Source of the DNA: Squalus acanthias
Taxonomy: Eukaryota
Direction of reading: 5' to 3'
Length of the DNA: 64,000 nucleotides
NCBI GenBank assembly: GCA_030390025.1
Contig: CM059432.1
Location: forward strand, 50,408,001 to 50,472,000
The translations under genes and the position numbers were made by a program. The notes beneath the pieces are model-generated. The model was not told the origin of the DNA. It worked only from the letters and a program-made list of their open reading frames with translations, and ran no database searches. Within the stretch, counting starts at the first letter, position 1; every line of letters starts with the position of its first letter. Positions 11,369-24,546 of this stretch are shown here, piece by piece.

Positions 11369-14159
11369 ATAACAATAGTACCCCCGCATACACTGAACTA
11401 GATATTATAGGGGTGAAATTGGTTTTCAGCAGTAGCACAAAGCGGGCAATAATAAATCGGCAACCCATTTTACACCCTGCCTGATTTTCTTTTCCATTGA
11501 AATAATTTGCCAGTAGGCTTGTCAATAAAACTGGTTATCTCCCTTCAATATGGGTGGAATCTCAATATAGATTCCATGCTGTGCTCAAATGAATAGAGTA
11601 CTCCCAAAGATAATAGGTGTGGCTATTTGTAGGAATTGTGAAATGAGTTAATGAATATTGTTCCCAGTTGTTGTGGAACACATATTCAATGCCTAGCTCA
11701 TTAACATATAAATTCCTTTTTGTTTTAGCAGTTACAGCATATGGCTGTAAGGAGAATCAGTGCAAACCCACATTCATTTAAAATGCACCACTTAAACGTA
11801 ATTCATTTCCAAATACCTTCGATAGAAAAATATTCAAAAATCCATTAATATGATACTGCTATATCCTGAATGGTACAAAGTCAGAATGGCATAAAATTAC
11901 CAACACTAGCCATGAAATAATCTTAAATGTTGCATGCATTTGTCTGGCAGGATCATATTCAGAAATGTTTCAGCCCAGATGCAACCTTGGGTTGGATAAA
12001 TGTGTTATGTTTCCCCCAGAACTGGGAATTAACCATTGCTGGATCACAAGATTGGTCTTCATAGCATCCCACTGCAGGTGTAGCAGACCTCCTTATATTT
12101 TACAAGTCACTTTGCTTCTGGCCAAAGGATCCATAAATCTTTGGTCTCCTGCCATCATGGGTCACTACTTTCTGAATGATGGCAGAGTGTCTAAAAGGCA
12201 CCTTGCTATGAAGCAAGTGATGGATGATATTAAGGGCTGTGACTGATAAAGGAACAGCTGGTGACAATGTGGCAGACAGCCCATAGCACTACTGGCTGTG
12301 CAGCATTGGGATTATATGAAGACCCAATTTCTACAGAGCAGAACTGAGACAAGTTGATCAAATAAAGCGCATATTAGTGTGAAATGTTTATTTTTCCTTT
12401 CTAAGTTTGGATTGTCTGTGCAACTTTTGTTTCTTTCTTACCCTTTTTATTAACATCATTTTGAGTGATGGTATTCTCTACCATATACCTAGGTAGTGGT
12501 CATTCAATTAATAATCGAGAGTAGATGATCAAAACCGTGATAAATCTTCTGGCCAGCTTGGTTGAAGAAAGATTTTAATTTAAAGAAGATGCTTTCAATT
12601 TCTCATCATGCCCTTACAAAAATTATATTTAATTAAAAATAACATAAATGGACAACAAAATTCAAAGCTAAAAATGATGGTCCTCAAATGATCACTCCAT
12701 TTTATTTATTCATTATTTGCAACAGCATTAACATTAAAATAACCCCATCTTCCCACAACATTAACATAATCTAACCTAGATCATAATTAAGAAGCAGCAC
12801 CTTGTACTTCTGTGCAATAAAAAGAGAAATACATTAAATCAGTAGTTTTGTAGGACACAATTAAAAAGAGATTTTTTATGAGTGAAACTTTAACATAAGC
12901 ATGAAGTACATTCTGAAATTTTTGCTCCTCTGAATTCAAACTATGTAGGTCATATATGAGGATAGAGTATCTTACCATTTGTAATTGAGGGCAGAAGGCG
13001 GGTCATCATATGCAGCAGGGAAATTGGGTTTTTCAGGTGGCAGGTGATCTACTTAAACTTGTATGTGATGGGAAAATGAAGGAAAGCTAAACAGCTGCTG
13101 ATATTGGAGCACTGCCTCTTGAGGCAAGAGGAATGACAGGTTGATGTATTAACGCGGGATGGGTACCTGCATCATCATGTATTCTCTGGTGGCACTGAGG
13201 AATCAGCAAGGTCTCAGCAGCTTTCAGCAGCCATCTGACAGATGCTAAAAGAACAAAATGATGCTGTCTGGATACAACAAACAAATCCATTTATTTATAG
13301 ACAGCACTGCGGTGTTCAGCATGACTGGCTACAAACTTGATTGGAAATTTTTATCGACGTTGGAATCACTTACAATAAATGCAGTATGTAAGACTAAAGA
13401 CTGAATTAATTGCCTCAAAATAAGTCTGATGAACAAAGTGTAAGAGGGCCTGATGTTAGTAATGGGCGCAAAAGGAAAAAAATGTTTCATTTGTCAGTGC
13501 TGTTAGTTGATTAGCTGGAATTGAACCTGTTTAAGAAAATAAATTGCAAACTCTCAGACTATCGCCCTACACTAATTGTTCTATTACTGTGATGCAATAC
13601 ATTTTATTCTTGTTAGAGTAGCATATTCAGGTGGATCTCCCTTGAGCTTCAGAAACCCTAAAGGTTGGGAATTTGTAATCCCAGTGACATAGACCACCAT
13701 TATACACACACATATACTAGACCAACAAGGGACACAGACATACACACACTAGACTGCTAAAGAATATGAATGCATACCCATTACTACAGCATGAGGGGAA
13801 ACCAAAACTTAGCCACCTCTAGACTAAAGGAAATAGGCAGTCGCTGCTAGAGTATCAGGTGTAACTCATGATTTTTAAAATGATGGGTAATAGATTGTGC
13901 AATTAAAACACAAATGTATGTTGTCATGGAGTGGTAGGATACAAGGTCGATCTCACTGAGTTTCCAATCTCAAAGAGGGACAAATCAAAGGGAAAGTCAA
14001 CGCAGGCAACTTAGTAGGAGCCTCAAGTATGGAATTGGTGGAGGCCGAGGAGCAGATTACTCACCCAACCTCTCAGCTGCAGAAGTTATGTAACTCACTG
14101 AAAATAGAGAGAGGGTAACACACCCTTAAATAAAATATATAAACAGAACAATCTTCATT

Positions 14160-14400
14160 TTTGTGTTCTTAGGATGTGGTTAATACTTATTTCCAATCCT
14201 AGTTTCCCTAAGGACATTGAGTCAACTACATAGTGTGGATCTGGAGTCACATGTAGGCCAGAACAGGAAGGTGATGACAGGCTTCCTTCCGTGAAGGTTA
14301 ATAGTGAATCAGTTGGGTTCGAACAATCAAGCAGCATTCATAGTCATTTCCTAGTGTTATGCCCATAAATTACAATATTTACAGGATTGAAACTCACAAC
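14160..14400 (-). mobile_element. SINE-like fragment sharing its 3' tail with the 15552-16350 LINE
   Basis: Degenerate reverse complement of the TAGGGATGGGCAATAAATG..CATCC tail, followed by an unrelated body. Confidence 0.45.
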
Positions 14401-14469
14401 AATAACTTGCATTTATATAGTGCCTTTAGCGTAGTAAACATCCCAAGGTGCTTCACAGGAGTGCGACTT

Positions 14470-15297
14470 CATCCTGCTAGAAAGAAGAGAGTGTGTTAGT
14501 GACAGCTTTGTGAGGTGTTTACAGAATGCACCTGTCATGTTAGAATAGTTTGAATGTAGTGTGTAAGATGCAAGGTGTGGGTAAATGAGGGTTGCAATAG
14601 TGGTGAGAAGTAGGAAGTGCAAAGTGTATGGGTAGGAGGAGAAGGAGGTTGAGTTAAGTGTGGTGCAATGAATGTAGGAGCGTGAAGAGGGGAGGGAATT
14701 ATAGTAAGTAGTGGGGCTGCAGGTGGTGCAAGAGTGAAAAGAAAGTAGTTGAACTGAGAGATAAGATTTTTACCTTGACAACTCTGCTGAGGTCATTAAA
14801 CTTCTTTCAGCATTGCAGCTGTGTCCTGGGAACTAAGCTGCTGGCATTTAGTTCCTTAGCAACCTCTTCCCGTTGGTGGTGGATGTATTGCCTGGAGGGC
14901 ATTTTGTCCTCTGAAGGGAACAGGATCTCCCTCCTCTTGTCCACCACCTGGATCAGGGTGTCCAACACTGCATCAGAGAACCTGGGTGGCCTCACTGGAT
15001 CTCTTACAGCCATCTTTCCACTTGTGAAAATTCCCTGCTGTCTGCAGCCAGAGTGCACCTCCCCCTTAAGGGGGGCTGGCTGCCTTTAAGTGGTGTCAGT
15101 GAAGCCCAAATTCCCACCCCCCACCCACTAAAGAGGTGCGCAGCCAATGAATAGCAGCGCTGGCTGCACTCCTGAGTCGTTATAATGAGCTGCCAGCACC
15201 AATTTCACGAGGTCCCTGCGACCCCATCAACAGGCACATGCAGCAAGCCCCTCGGCTCTTGCGCTCCAGTCTTCAGCTGCGATCGAATTTCTAGGCC
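14470..15297 (-). mobile_element. Harbinger-derived fragment with Myb/SANT exon and TIR
   Basis: PPRFSDAVLDTLIQVVDKRREILFP...RTQLQC*KKFNDLSRVVK|GT. End GAATTTCTAGGCC at ~15285-15297. Confidence 0.8.
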
Positions 15298-15551
15298 TAA
15301 ATGTTTGACTCTCATATGCTGATTATTTTTGCATTAAATCAATGACAAGCAGTGTAGCATAAATGAGCAGGATGGGAGCTTATTGAACACTGTAAAAAGA
15401 ATAGCTCATGGTGTGGAACACTGCATAAAAAGACAAAACACATTAAGATACAACAGCTTTTTGCAGTTGATTTGGAATTCTATTAAAAAGGATTAAATAA
15501 GAAAGGCGAACTCTTTTAAAACAGAGATGGTAAGTGGGGATAGTTTGATAT

Positions 15552-16350
15552 TCAGACGTTCAGGCTTGGGCTGATAAGTGGCAGGTAACATTCGCGCCAC
15601 ACAAGTGCCAGGCAATGACTATCTCCAACAAGCGAGAGTCTAACCACCGCCCCTTGACATTCAACGGCATTACCATCGCCGAATCCCCCTCCATCAACAT
15701 CCTGGGGGTCACCATTGACCAGAAACTTGACTGGACCAGCCACATAAATACTGTGGCAACAAGAGCAGGTCAGAGGCTAGGTATTCTGCGGCGAGTGTCT
15801 CACCTCCTGACTCCCCAAAGTCTTTCCACCATCTACAAGGCACAAGTAAGGAGTGTGATGGAATACTCTCCACTTGCCTGGATGAGTGCAGCTCCAACAA
15901 CACTCAAGAAGCTTGACACCATCCAGGACAAAGCAGCCCGCTTGATTGGCACCCCATCCACCATCTTAAACATTCACTCCCTCCACCACCAGCGTACCGT
16001 GGCTGCAGTGTGTACCATCTACAAGATGCACTGCAGCAACTCGCCAAGGCTTCTTCAGCAGCACCTCCCAAACCCGCGACCTCTTCCACCTAGAAGGACA
16101 AGAGCAGCAGGCACATGGGAACACCACCACCTCCAAGTTCCCCTCCAAGTCACACACCATCCTGACTTGAAAATATATTGCCGATCCTTCATCATCGCTG
16201 GGTCAAAATCCTGGAACAGCACTGTGGAAGTACCTTCACCACACGGACTGCAGCGGTTCAAGAAGGCTCACCACCACCTTCTCAAGGGCAATTAGGGATG
16301 GGCAATAAATGCTGGCCTTCCCAGCGACGCCCTCATCCCATAAATTAATT
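15552..16350 (+). mobile_element. CR1/L2-group LINE 3' portion (distinct family)
   Basis: ORF 15615-16295 (ILGVTIDQKLDW, YKAQVRSVMEY, LDTIQDKAARLI), then 3' UTR with AATAAA. Confidence 0.85.
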
Positions 16351-17129
16351 TTTTTAAAACATTGACGTGCATTACCAGAAAGAAAACACTAAGACAACAG
16401 GGGTACTAGAAATAGGTCAAGAAGCACAATTTCAAACATATCTGGGGCGTGGCGGGATGGTGGTAGAAGTCCTCCTGCCATTAATTTTACCAGAAAATTC
16501 ACAGTGAATACAAAATTACATTTCCTGTTTTGTACTAACATTAACTTCTTCGGTAAAATTGCTGACAGGAGAAATTCCACCCCCGGGTGTGAGAAAGAAC
16601 TTGAGCTGAATGCACTGGAGCATGTATTCGACATTTAGTAGGAATTAAATTAGTACACAGCATTTTCTTCATCAGATGACTTTTAGCTTTTCAATTTGTA
16701 GCTGGAGACAGAAGATTTAAATTAATATAATCAAGGCTGCATGTAACTTTGATTAGTTACACCTCTGTGTGACCTCACCGTTTTGAGAGAGAGAGTGAGT
16801 GCAGAAAAAAAGAGAAATTAAATAAAAACCTGGGACAGCAAATGAAGGAGAACTTAAAATAACCAAAAACAGCATGGGAATCAACAGGTCTGTAAAAAGG
16901 ATCCTGTGGTCCATCTGACCAGTCCTAAGAAGAGTAGACAGCAAAAGGACAAATTAAAAATAGGCTGAAAAAAGCACATCATAATGAAAGATTGGAGAAA
17001 AGATAAAAATAATCAAAATTAAATACCAAAGTGAATAAAATTAACAAAAGATGTGTTTGTGAAATATCCAAAACAAGAGATGTGATATAACTGATTAAAA
17101 AAGTACTGATAAATTTGCTCAAGAGCCAT

Positions 17130-17595
17130 AGTTAAAGTGCTGGGTACAGTTTTGTCTGCCTCATTAAAGAAAAGATGTTAATGCCACAGAGAACATATAA
17201 CCAAGATGATGCCCGTGATGGAAAACGATAATTATAGTTAGCAACTATTTCCATTTGTGCAGAGAAGGCTAATAGCAGAATTAATAAAGGCTTTTAAAAT
17301 TATGAAAGTTTTCAATAAACTGAAAGGCTATTTGCACTGACTTGGGGAATTGTCAATTTAAAATTGTCACTACGTGAGTGAGGGGAGCGGTCTGGAGAAA
17401 TGTTGTTGCACAGAGAGTTGTTGGAACATGGAATGCTTTACCACAGGGAATGTCTGAAGCAGAGACCACTGCATCTTTCAAGGGAAAAGTTGATAAATAT
17501 TTCAATCAAAGACAGATACAGGGCTTTAGGGAAAGGGCAGGGCAGGGGGATTCGTTTTGGGTTTGCACCTGCAAAACAGCCAGCACAGAGATGAT
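17130..17595 (+). mobile_element. Old CR1 3' fragment (host of the Harbinger insertion; resumes at 22059-22080)
   Basis: QRVVGTWNALPQG remnant; 3' UTR split by the TIR element. Confidence 0.75.
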
Positions 17596-18122
17596 GGGCT
17601 GGATTTTGCCAGCCCCAAGGAGGCGGGTTTGAAGGCGGGTCAGGTGTGAAAGTTGCAAAAAATGGCGGCGGGCTCCGATCCCGCCTTCAACCCGCCTCTG
17701 CGCAACTTTCCCAAATGCGGGCTTGCAGACTCCCTTTCGGTCCCGCCTCCAAGTGGCGGGATAGGCCCTTAAGGCACTTAACTACCACTTAAGTACCTCT
17801 ATAATCGCATTTTGAGAGGCCTTTCAGAGTTTACCACATTTCCCGCGTGCTGCACGTCTCCCCTGGAACACGCCAGTTAATCCTGTCGGGTTCACAAGTG
17901 GTTGGCTTACTAACAGCTGCAGCTCCACCATAATAACTGCGTTTTCCACAATGATCATTTGCAGGTGGCAGAACTTTCTTTTCTCAGGTCTTGGAGAACT
18001 TTTTGCAGGTCTACTGATTTTGGAAGTGTTGAAGCTGAGATCCATCTCCACTGTGACCTCCTGGTAAAACCCTCTCCCCACCTTGACTGAGCACTTCCTC
18101 AACTGAGGTATATACCTGCAGC

Positions 18123-19353
18123 ATGGGAACCATTTATTTCCTTTCCTCCTGGACATCAGATTCGGACGAAGACCAGCCGTGGCAGCAGCAGAACCCGGAA
18201 CAACAGCAGCACCAACAGCAGCAGCAACAACAGGAGCGCCAACCTGCTGCTCACCCACCTGAAGCTGCACAGGCCAGAAGGCGCCAGTGCAGGGAAGCAC
18301 TTCGCCGCAGGAGATACCCCCAAAACAGGGTTTACAGACAGAGGATGAGCTACCTCAACATGAGTGAGCAGCAGTGCCAAAGGAGGCTGAGACTTTCGCG
18401 AGAGGTAGTCGGTGACATCTGCACAATGCTGAAGCAAGACCTGGAGCCCAGAGGAGTGGGTCGTAAAAGTCACCACCGCACTCAACTTTTTTGCTTCAGG
18501 CTCATTCCAGGAATCAACAGCAGACATCAGCGGCGTCTCCCAGGCGGCTGCACACACTTGCATCACACAGGTAACCGATGCCCTCTTTGCAAAGGCGCAC
18601 AATTACATCAACTTCTCCAAGGATCAAGCAAGTATAACCGCGTGTGCGGTTGGATTTGCTAATCTGGCAGGCTTTCCAAGGGTGCAGGGCGTCGTAGACT
18701 GCACACATGTGGCCCTTAAGGCACCCCATCACAATCCAGGTATTTTTGTCAACCGCAAGGGCTTCCACTCCCTCAACGTGCAGCTGGTGTGTAACCACAA
18801 TAAGGAAATTTTGCATGTTTGCGCCAAGTACCCTGGCAGTTGCCATGACTCCTTCATCCTGCGGCAGTCTAGTGTGCCTCCGCTCTTCAGTCCGCCAAAC
18901 CAACTTTGCGGATGGTTACTTGGAGACAAGGGCTATCCCCTGAAGACGTGGCTAATGACGCCGTTCAGGAGGCCATCCAACGAAGCTGAGGAGAGCTCCA
19001 ACTCCAGCCACATTTTGACCAGATCCATTATCGAGCAAACCATCGGCTTGCTGAAGATGCGATTCAGATGCCTTGATAGATCAGGTGGAGCCCTGCAGTA
19101 CTCAGCAGCCAGGGTCTCCAGAATCGTCGTGGTCTGCTGTGCACTTCACAACATGGCACAGCATCATGACTTGCAGCTGCCTGAGGTACAAGTGGCTCAT
19201 CGCATAACCTCCTCAGATGAGGAGGAGGAGGAGGAGGAGGAGGAGAGTGAGAACAAAGACCTTGCGGAGGCGCATCAACCAGTGGCAGAAGCACACGAGA
19301 ACATTGCTGCCCGGGATGCAAGGGATGCACTCATCTTGGCCAGATTTGCTTAG
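18123..19353 (+). pseudogene. Harbinger DDE transposase (DDE_Tnp_4/HARBI1-like) with a single frameshift near 18462
   Basis: [37 protein letters not shown]. 18463-19353 is one frame. PolyQ N-terminus and polyE C-terminus. Confidence 0.92.
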
Positions 19354-19611
19354 GCTGCCCAATCAAACACATTTGGCTCGCACTTTCTTACAACACCATC
19401 GACAATGGACAAGAACCTACGGTTTCCTATCACTCTGACCACCATACTGACAAATCCAAGTCGCCCTGAGCCCTCAATGTGGAAGTCCCATTTGCGAAAT
19501 GGCACAGCCCACAACTTCAACAGTTTGCCATCAATTCATTTTATAACATTTAGTAAAGGATGGCATTTCACAATTAAACACAACAGAACACCCAAGTGAC
19601 TACCCTTGTGA

Positions 19612-21783
19612 CTACTTGTGCTTTATCTTCCTCTTACGTGTGCTCCTACATGGTGCTTCCCCTGTGGCTTCAGCAGATGTGGAGGCCCCTTGCTCACTTT
19701 CATGCTGCTCCTGCCTCGACACCTTTGGTGGGCATCCTCTGGGGATGCGAGCCTGTGAGGGCTCGCCAACAGTCTGCTGCTCCTGCAGCTGTGCAGGGGC
19801 TGAGACGCCCATCTCAGTTGGGTGAGGACTCTGGTGGGGCTCTGACCGAGGGCTCCGCAGTGACAAGGGAGTGTGAGCGCTTGGAGAGGAGCCCCCACTT
19901 CCTTGTTGTCTGCCACCAAAATCCCTCTCATGGGTCAGGCCCACTTCAGAGCTAGCAAGTGGCATGACAGCACCTTGCTGCACTTCAGGGGGGCCATGAG
20001 GACCCGTTTCTGCACTGGCAGTCCTACTCCAGAGGACTTCTATGAAGCTCTGGTTTCTCTGCTCAATAGCTGACCATCGCTCCTCCAGAGATATCAGTCT
20101 ATTCTGAACAATGACCATGTTTTCAAGACCCTGGTGACTTAGCTCCTCCATGGCCGTAGCCATCCTCTCCTCTACCGTAGCCATCCTTACCACGGAGGTA
20201 GCCATCCTTTCCACGGAGGTTGCCATCCTTTCCATGGTGATGCGTTCATGTGCCAATGCCTCCACAAAGGCTCTGCTCATGTTAGCGATGGACTCCTCCA
20301 TCCTCTCCACACTCGCAGTGACCCTGGAGACAAAACCTGCAGAGACTCCTGCACCTGTTCCTGGAGTTCCATCACCGCTCTCCTTCTGGATGGACCCGGA
20401 GGCACAGGGTCGACATGCAGCTGAGCCGAGCTGGGAGCGCCCTGCGGCTTCCGACGAGGATTCTCCACTGCTGTCCCTGTCTCCACCATCTGCTGATGCT
20501 CACTTGTGATCTGTGATACACCAGGTGACAATTCTACTCTATGTCCCAAAGGTCCCACCGAGGTGTGAGTGTCTGCGCTGGTGCTGGGTGCGCTTAATTC
20601 TGGTGATGCTGCACCCTCAGAGGTTGCAGCTTCCTCTGAGGAGTCTTCTGGCTCAGGCTGTTCCCCCTGGACAGTGGGGAGGGGGGCTGTCGATGGTCCT
20701 GTGGGGGAGTAAAGGAAAGAGTTAGACATGTGAGATAAACGTTGCATGCACATGGAATTGTGCAGATCATCATAAGTCAATCTGTTAGAGCATCAGAATC
20801 AATATCAGTCACTCATGCTATGTAAATGAGAGCGATGCAAAACTATTCTGTCACCAGCTTGCTCTGATGCGCCCGTCTGTCCGTCCCCCACTTGCGCATC
20901 CTCCTCCACTCCCACGATCTCGCTGGCCGCCTTCTCAGCGCTGGTGAGCTGGGCTATTGAGGGTGGGCCTCCTCCTGTCTTCGCCCTTTCCCTCTTATTG
21001 TGGGCTCTCTTTTCCTGCAATGAGGGACACAAGTGGAGTTTGAGTGAGAATGAAGGAGTGAGTGTAGAGAATCCATAGCATAGATGCTTAGAAGGACACA
21101 AAGATGGAGTGAGGTCCCAAGACCAAGGGCCCTCCCTGTGTGTTGTAAGTTGTTGTCATAGCATAACAGTGATAGGGAGTGTGAAGGCAGCATAGTCGAA
21201 TAGTTAAGTGACTGTGTACATAGAGAGAGAGGGAATGGTTAAGGGTGCAGGGATGCAAGGATCGCGTGGGATGTGGAGGAGGAGGTTGACAATGCAGAGT
21301 GCTGTTGATGAGAGGCGATGGGGATCAGATTGAGGGTCATGGTGATGCCATACTCACTTTTCCTGTGCGGAGAAGGTCATTAAACTTCTTTCTGCACTGC
21401 AGCCAGATTCTGGTGCACATTGATATTGCACTGACCTCCTGTGCCACTTGCAGCCACACAGCTTTGGTCTGCTGGGGAGGTTTTTCCTCCCAGAGGAAGG
21501 AACATAAGAACATAAGAAATAGGAGCAGGAGTAGGCCAATCGGCCCCTCGAGCCTGCTCCGCCATTCAATAAGATCATGGCTGATCTGATCCTAACCGCC
21601 AATCTACTATCTATCACAGAACCATCTCCTGCATCTAACAGAATTGCACACACGAAATAGGAGCAGAATCAGGCTACACGGTCCCTGGGCCCGCTCCTCT
21701 TTCTGAGCTCTGGCTCCCTCCACCAGAGCATGGAGGGAGTCCTCACCAAAGCGGGGTGCGGCCTTGGACCTTGAAGTTGACAT
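19612..21783 (-). pseudogene. Harbinger Myb/SANT-like DNA-binding protein, 3 exons (21783-21358, 21014-20855, 20698-19612)
   Basis: MSTSRSKAAPRFGEDSLHALV...WLQVAQEVS...WLQCRKKFNDLLRTGK|GTGAGT; TTGCAG|EKRAHNKRERAKTGGGP; basic C-terminus RSTRKRKIKHK. Disrupted by CR1 tails in exon 1 and a frameshift near 20320. Confidence 0.85.
21499..21695 (-). mobile_element. Two short CR1 3'-tail insertions inside Myb exon 1
   Basis: AACATAAGAACATAAGAAATAGGAGCAGG plus a second AAATAGGAGCAG tail. Confidence 0.8.
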
Positions 21784-22081
21784 CACCGCAGCACAAATCC
21801 CTTAGAAGAATCTCACATAAAAGTTGTAAGGCAGAAAATGAACCAAGGCTGCTTGCAGGCCTTAAATGCAGCTGCATAAATTACGTCAACAGAGGCGAGT
21901 TTCAGGACCAAAAGAATCATTGGGCCAGGGGTTCGCACACGCTGGGAATCAAGTGCCCAATTAGGGCAAAATCGCTAAATTATCCCGCCTGACATCGGAG
22001 GCGGGAGCGGGAACCGCCGACCACCTGACCCGCCCCCAACGGCAAAATCCAGCCCGATGGGTCAAATGGCATCCTTCTGTG

Positions 22082-22486
22082 AAGAAAGAAAGAAAGGAAT
22101 GAAGAAAGAATTACAGCTAATGAAGTACTTTTTTGGAGTGTAGTCACTGTTGTAATGTGGGAAACGTGGCAGCCAATTTGCACACAGCAAGATCCCACAA
22201 ACACCAATGTGATAATGACCAAACAATTTTTTTTTAGTGATGTTGATTGAGGGATAAATATTGGCCAGGACACCGGGGATAACTTCCCTGCTCTTCTTCA
22301 AAAGAGTGCCATGGGATCTTTTACGTCCATCTGAGAGAGCAGACGGGGCCTCAGTTTAACGTCTCATCTGAAAGACGGCACCTCCGACAGTGCAGCATTC
22401 CCTCAGTACTGCACTGGAGTGTCTGCCTGGATTTTTGTGCTCAAGTCTCAGGAGTGGGACTTGAACCCACGTCCTTCTGAATCAGG
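22082..22486 (-). mobile_element. Deu-domain SINE (SacSINE1/AmnSINE1-like)
   Basis: Deu-like core (reverse complement GCAGTACTGAGGGA..TGCACTGTCGGAGGTGCCGTCTTTCAGATGAGACGTTAAACTGAGGCCCCG) and tRNA-like B-box GGTTCAAGTCC. Confidence 0.85.
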
Positions 22487-22547
22487 TTCTAGCTCAACAT
22501 TTGAAATGCAGCGTTAAAATTGTGGAACTTAATGCTCAAGATCCTTA

Positions 22548-22870
22548 GGGCTGGATTTTGAATGACCCATGGAGTCGGGTTTGGAGGCATGTGGGGGGTT
22601 AAAGTTGCGGGGTCGGGGGTCCCGACCCCATCCCGACTCCACGCAATTTTGACAAAATCAGTCGCGGGGTTCCCAACTCTGTCCCGCCTCTAAGAGGCGG
22701 GAGAGGCCATTAAAGCCCTTAACAAGCCCTAAATTGGCTTTGTAATACCATTTTGAAACATTTTAGCTAGTTTAATCCTTTTCCGACGTGAAGTACGCCT
22801 GATGTGAAACACTCCAGTGAAACCTGGCGGGAGCACAAGTGGATAGCTGACTATCAGCTGCAGGTCAACT
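22548..22870 (+). mobile_element. Harbinger left-end fragment related to the 17596 element
   Basis: Starts GGGCTGGATTTTG; TCCCGCCTCTAAGAGGCGGGA matches ~17741-17761. Confidence 0.75.
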
Positions 22871-23253
22871 ATTACATCGGAGATGTGATGAAGGTAGTAG
22901 TAGTATTAGGTCTGAAAGTCGTCTCTGATGATAATGCTGCATTGAATGTCTTCAGAAACTGTCTGGCCTTTGCTGTGAAGGACCTGGATGGAAAAAATAA
23001 ATCTATCTCTCTCTCTCTCTGTCTCTCTCCATCCAGATCCACTCACAGCAAAAGCCAGGCACTCTCTGAGACCAGGCAATCAGTCTCTGACCTGCAATGC
23101 AGCAGCAATGATGACATCATCAGAGGCGACTTTCAGACTGAAACCACAATTGGTACATGGGTCCCCACATGCTAGAACTCAATTGCCCAATTAAGTGAAA
23201 ATTGCATCATTCATCCACATTAATCTGGAGTCGGGGAGCATACAATACATAAT

Positions 23254-23997
23254 GGCCCAAAAATTCGGCCATTCTCGGGTGAGTACTCAATGCGTACTCA
23301 CCCGTATTCATTCCCGAAGTGCCGGTTTCCTGCATGCGCGGGAAACCGGCATGGTGAAGGGGGCGTTTCCTAGGTGAACCGCGTGCGCGCTAGAGGCTGC
23401 ACGCACGCAGCACACTTAGATTTTTTTTCAGGTTTCAACGCGAGGGTAAATATTGAAGATACTACGCTAATAAAAAGGAGGCGTAAGACCCCTTTTGAAC
23501 AAGGTAAGTAGTTAATTAAGTATAATTTTAAATTTTTTTCAACAGGTTTATCTTTTTTAGATACTTTAAAGAAAGGTAAGTTTATTTTTATAACTTTTAA
23601 AAAGTATTTTAATTTTTTCAAAAATTTAAATTTTTGTTTAAAGTGGTTAATTTATTTAACTATAGTTATTTTATAAATGTGATGGGTTTTTTTTTAATTT
23701 ATTTGAGGTTTAGCAGTTCTTTTGGGGCCGATTTCAATTCATAGATTTGACAGGTCTCCTGTCAAATCTATGAATGAAAGATGGTCTGCTGCCATTGGCC
23801 CTCCATGGCTCACGTGATCCCAGGGGTCGCATCGCACTAACTGCGCCCCTGGAACACGCAAGCACTGCGCGCCGGCTCTTGGGAGAGGCCCAGGACCCGA
23901 AGTTCCTGTGGGCCCAAAACACAACGGCAGGCGCGGTGGGTAAGAGCGCGCGCGATCCTTACCCCCGCGGCAAGCCGGCCACGCGAATTTCTAGGCC
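23254..23997 (+). mobile_element. Non-autonomous Harbinger-type element, family N1 copy 1
   Basis: TIRs GGCCCAAAAATTCG / reverse complement GGCCTAGAAATTCG; flanks AAT/ATT; collinear with 34846-35598. Confidence 0.85.
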
Positions 23998-24546
23998 ATT
24001 AGGTCTCCACCTCCATTTCCTCCTCACTGTGCCTGAAAACTGAACATTCCCCAAGCACAACAAAAAGGAAAATTTCCCTAAACTGTACCAAAGAAGGACA
24101 AAATGGCGTGTTTATTCAATGGGTATTCCAATAATGGCTGAGTATGTATTTGAATTCAAGTAAACAAAGAAATTCCTAACACTGAGGCATTAGACTGTTT
24201 GCAGTGCCGATCTATGTCACGTTAACTAGCTATACAAGGTGAGAACGCATGCCTAATAAATAGGGCATGTGATTTGGCGTGACTTAGTGCAATGTCTTGC
24301 AACAGATCCCGCAAATTTCTGCACTTACCACATGTAGGACAATTTGCTGCTCCGTAATAGAATTTTACATCAAAAGTCCTAGAGGCATTGAAAGTGCCAG
24401 TTCCTGACCTGATCTGAATGATAACAAATCACTTACACTACCAATAAATGAAGGTCTGACACTGATTTTTAATGATATTATATTGCACTATATTCTAATA
24501 TTTTAGAAAGTTTAGAATTTAGAAAAACGGCACTTTTAAACTCATA

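Larger units (their letters stand above)
17596..22055 (+). mobile_element. Full-length Harbinger/PIF DNA transposon
   Basis: Perfect 15-bp TIR GGGCTGGATTTTGCC (17596-17610; 22041-22055), 3-bp TSD GAT on both sides, convergent transposase and Myb genes. Confidence 0.95.

Noticed and set aside
11930..12340. Another transposase relic
   Set aside because: No motif could be recovered by manual translation.
18123..19353. Domesticated HARBI1 gene
   Set aside because: Lies inside TIRs with a TSD, is frameshifted and has a paralogous copy at 62 kb, so it is a transposon copy.
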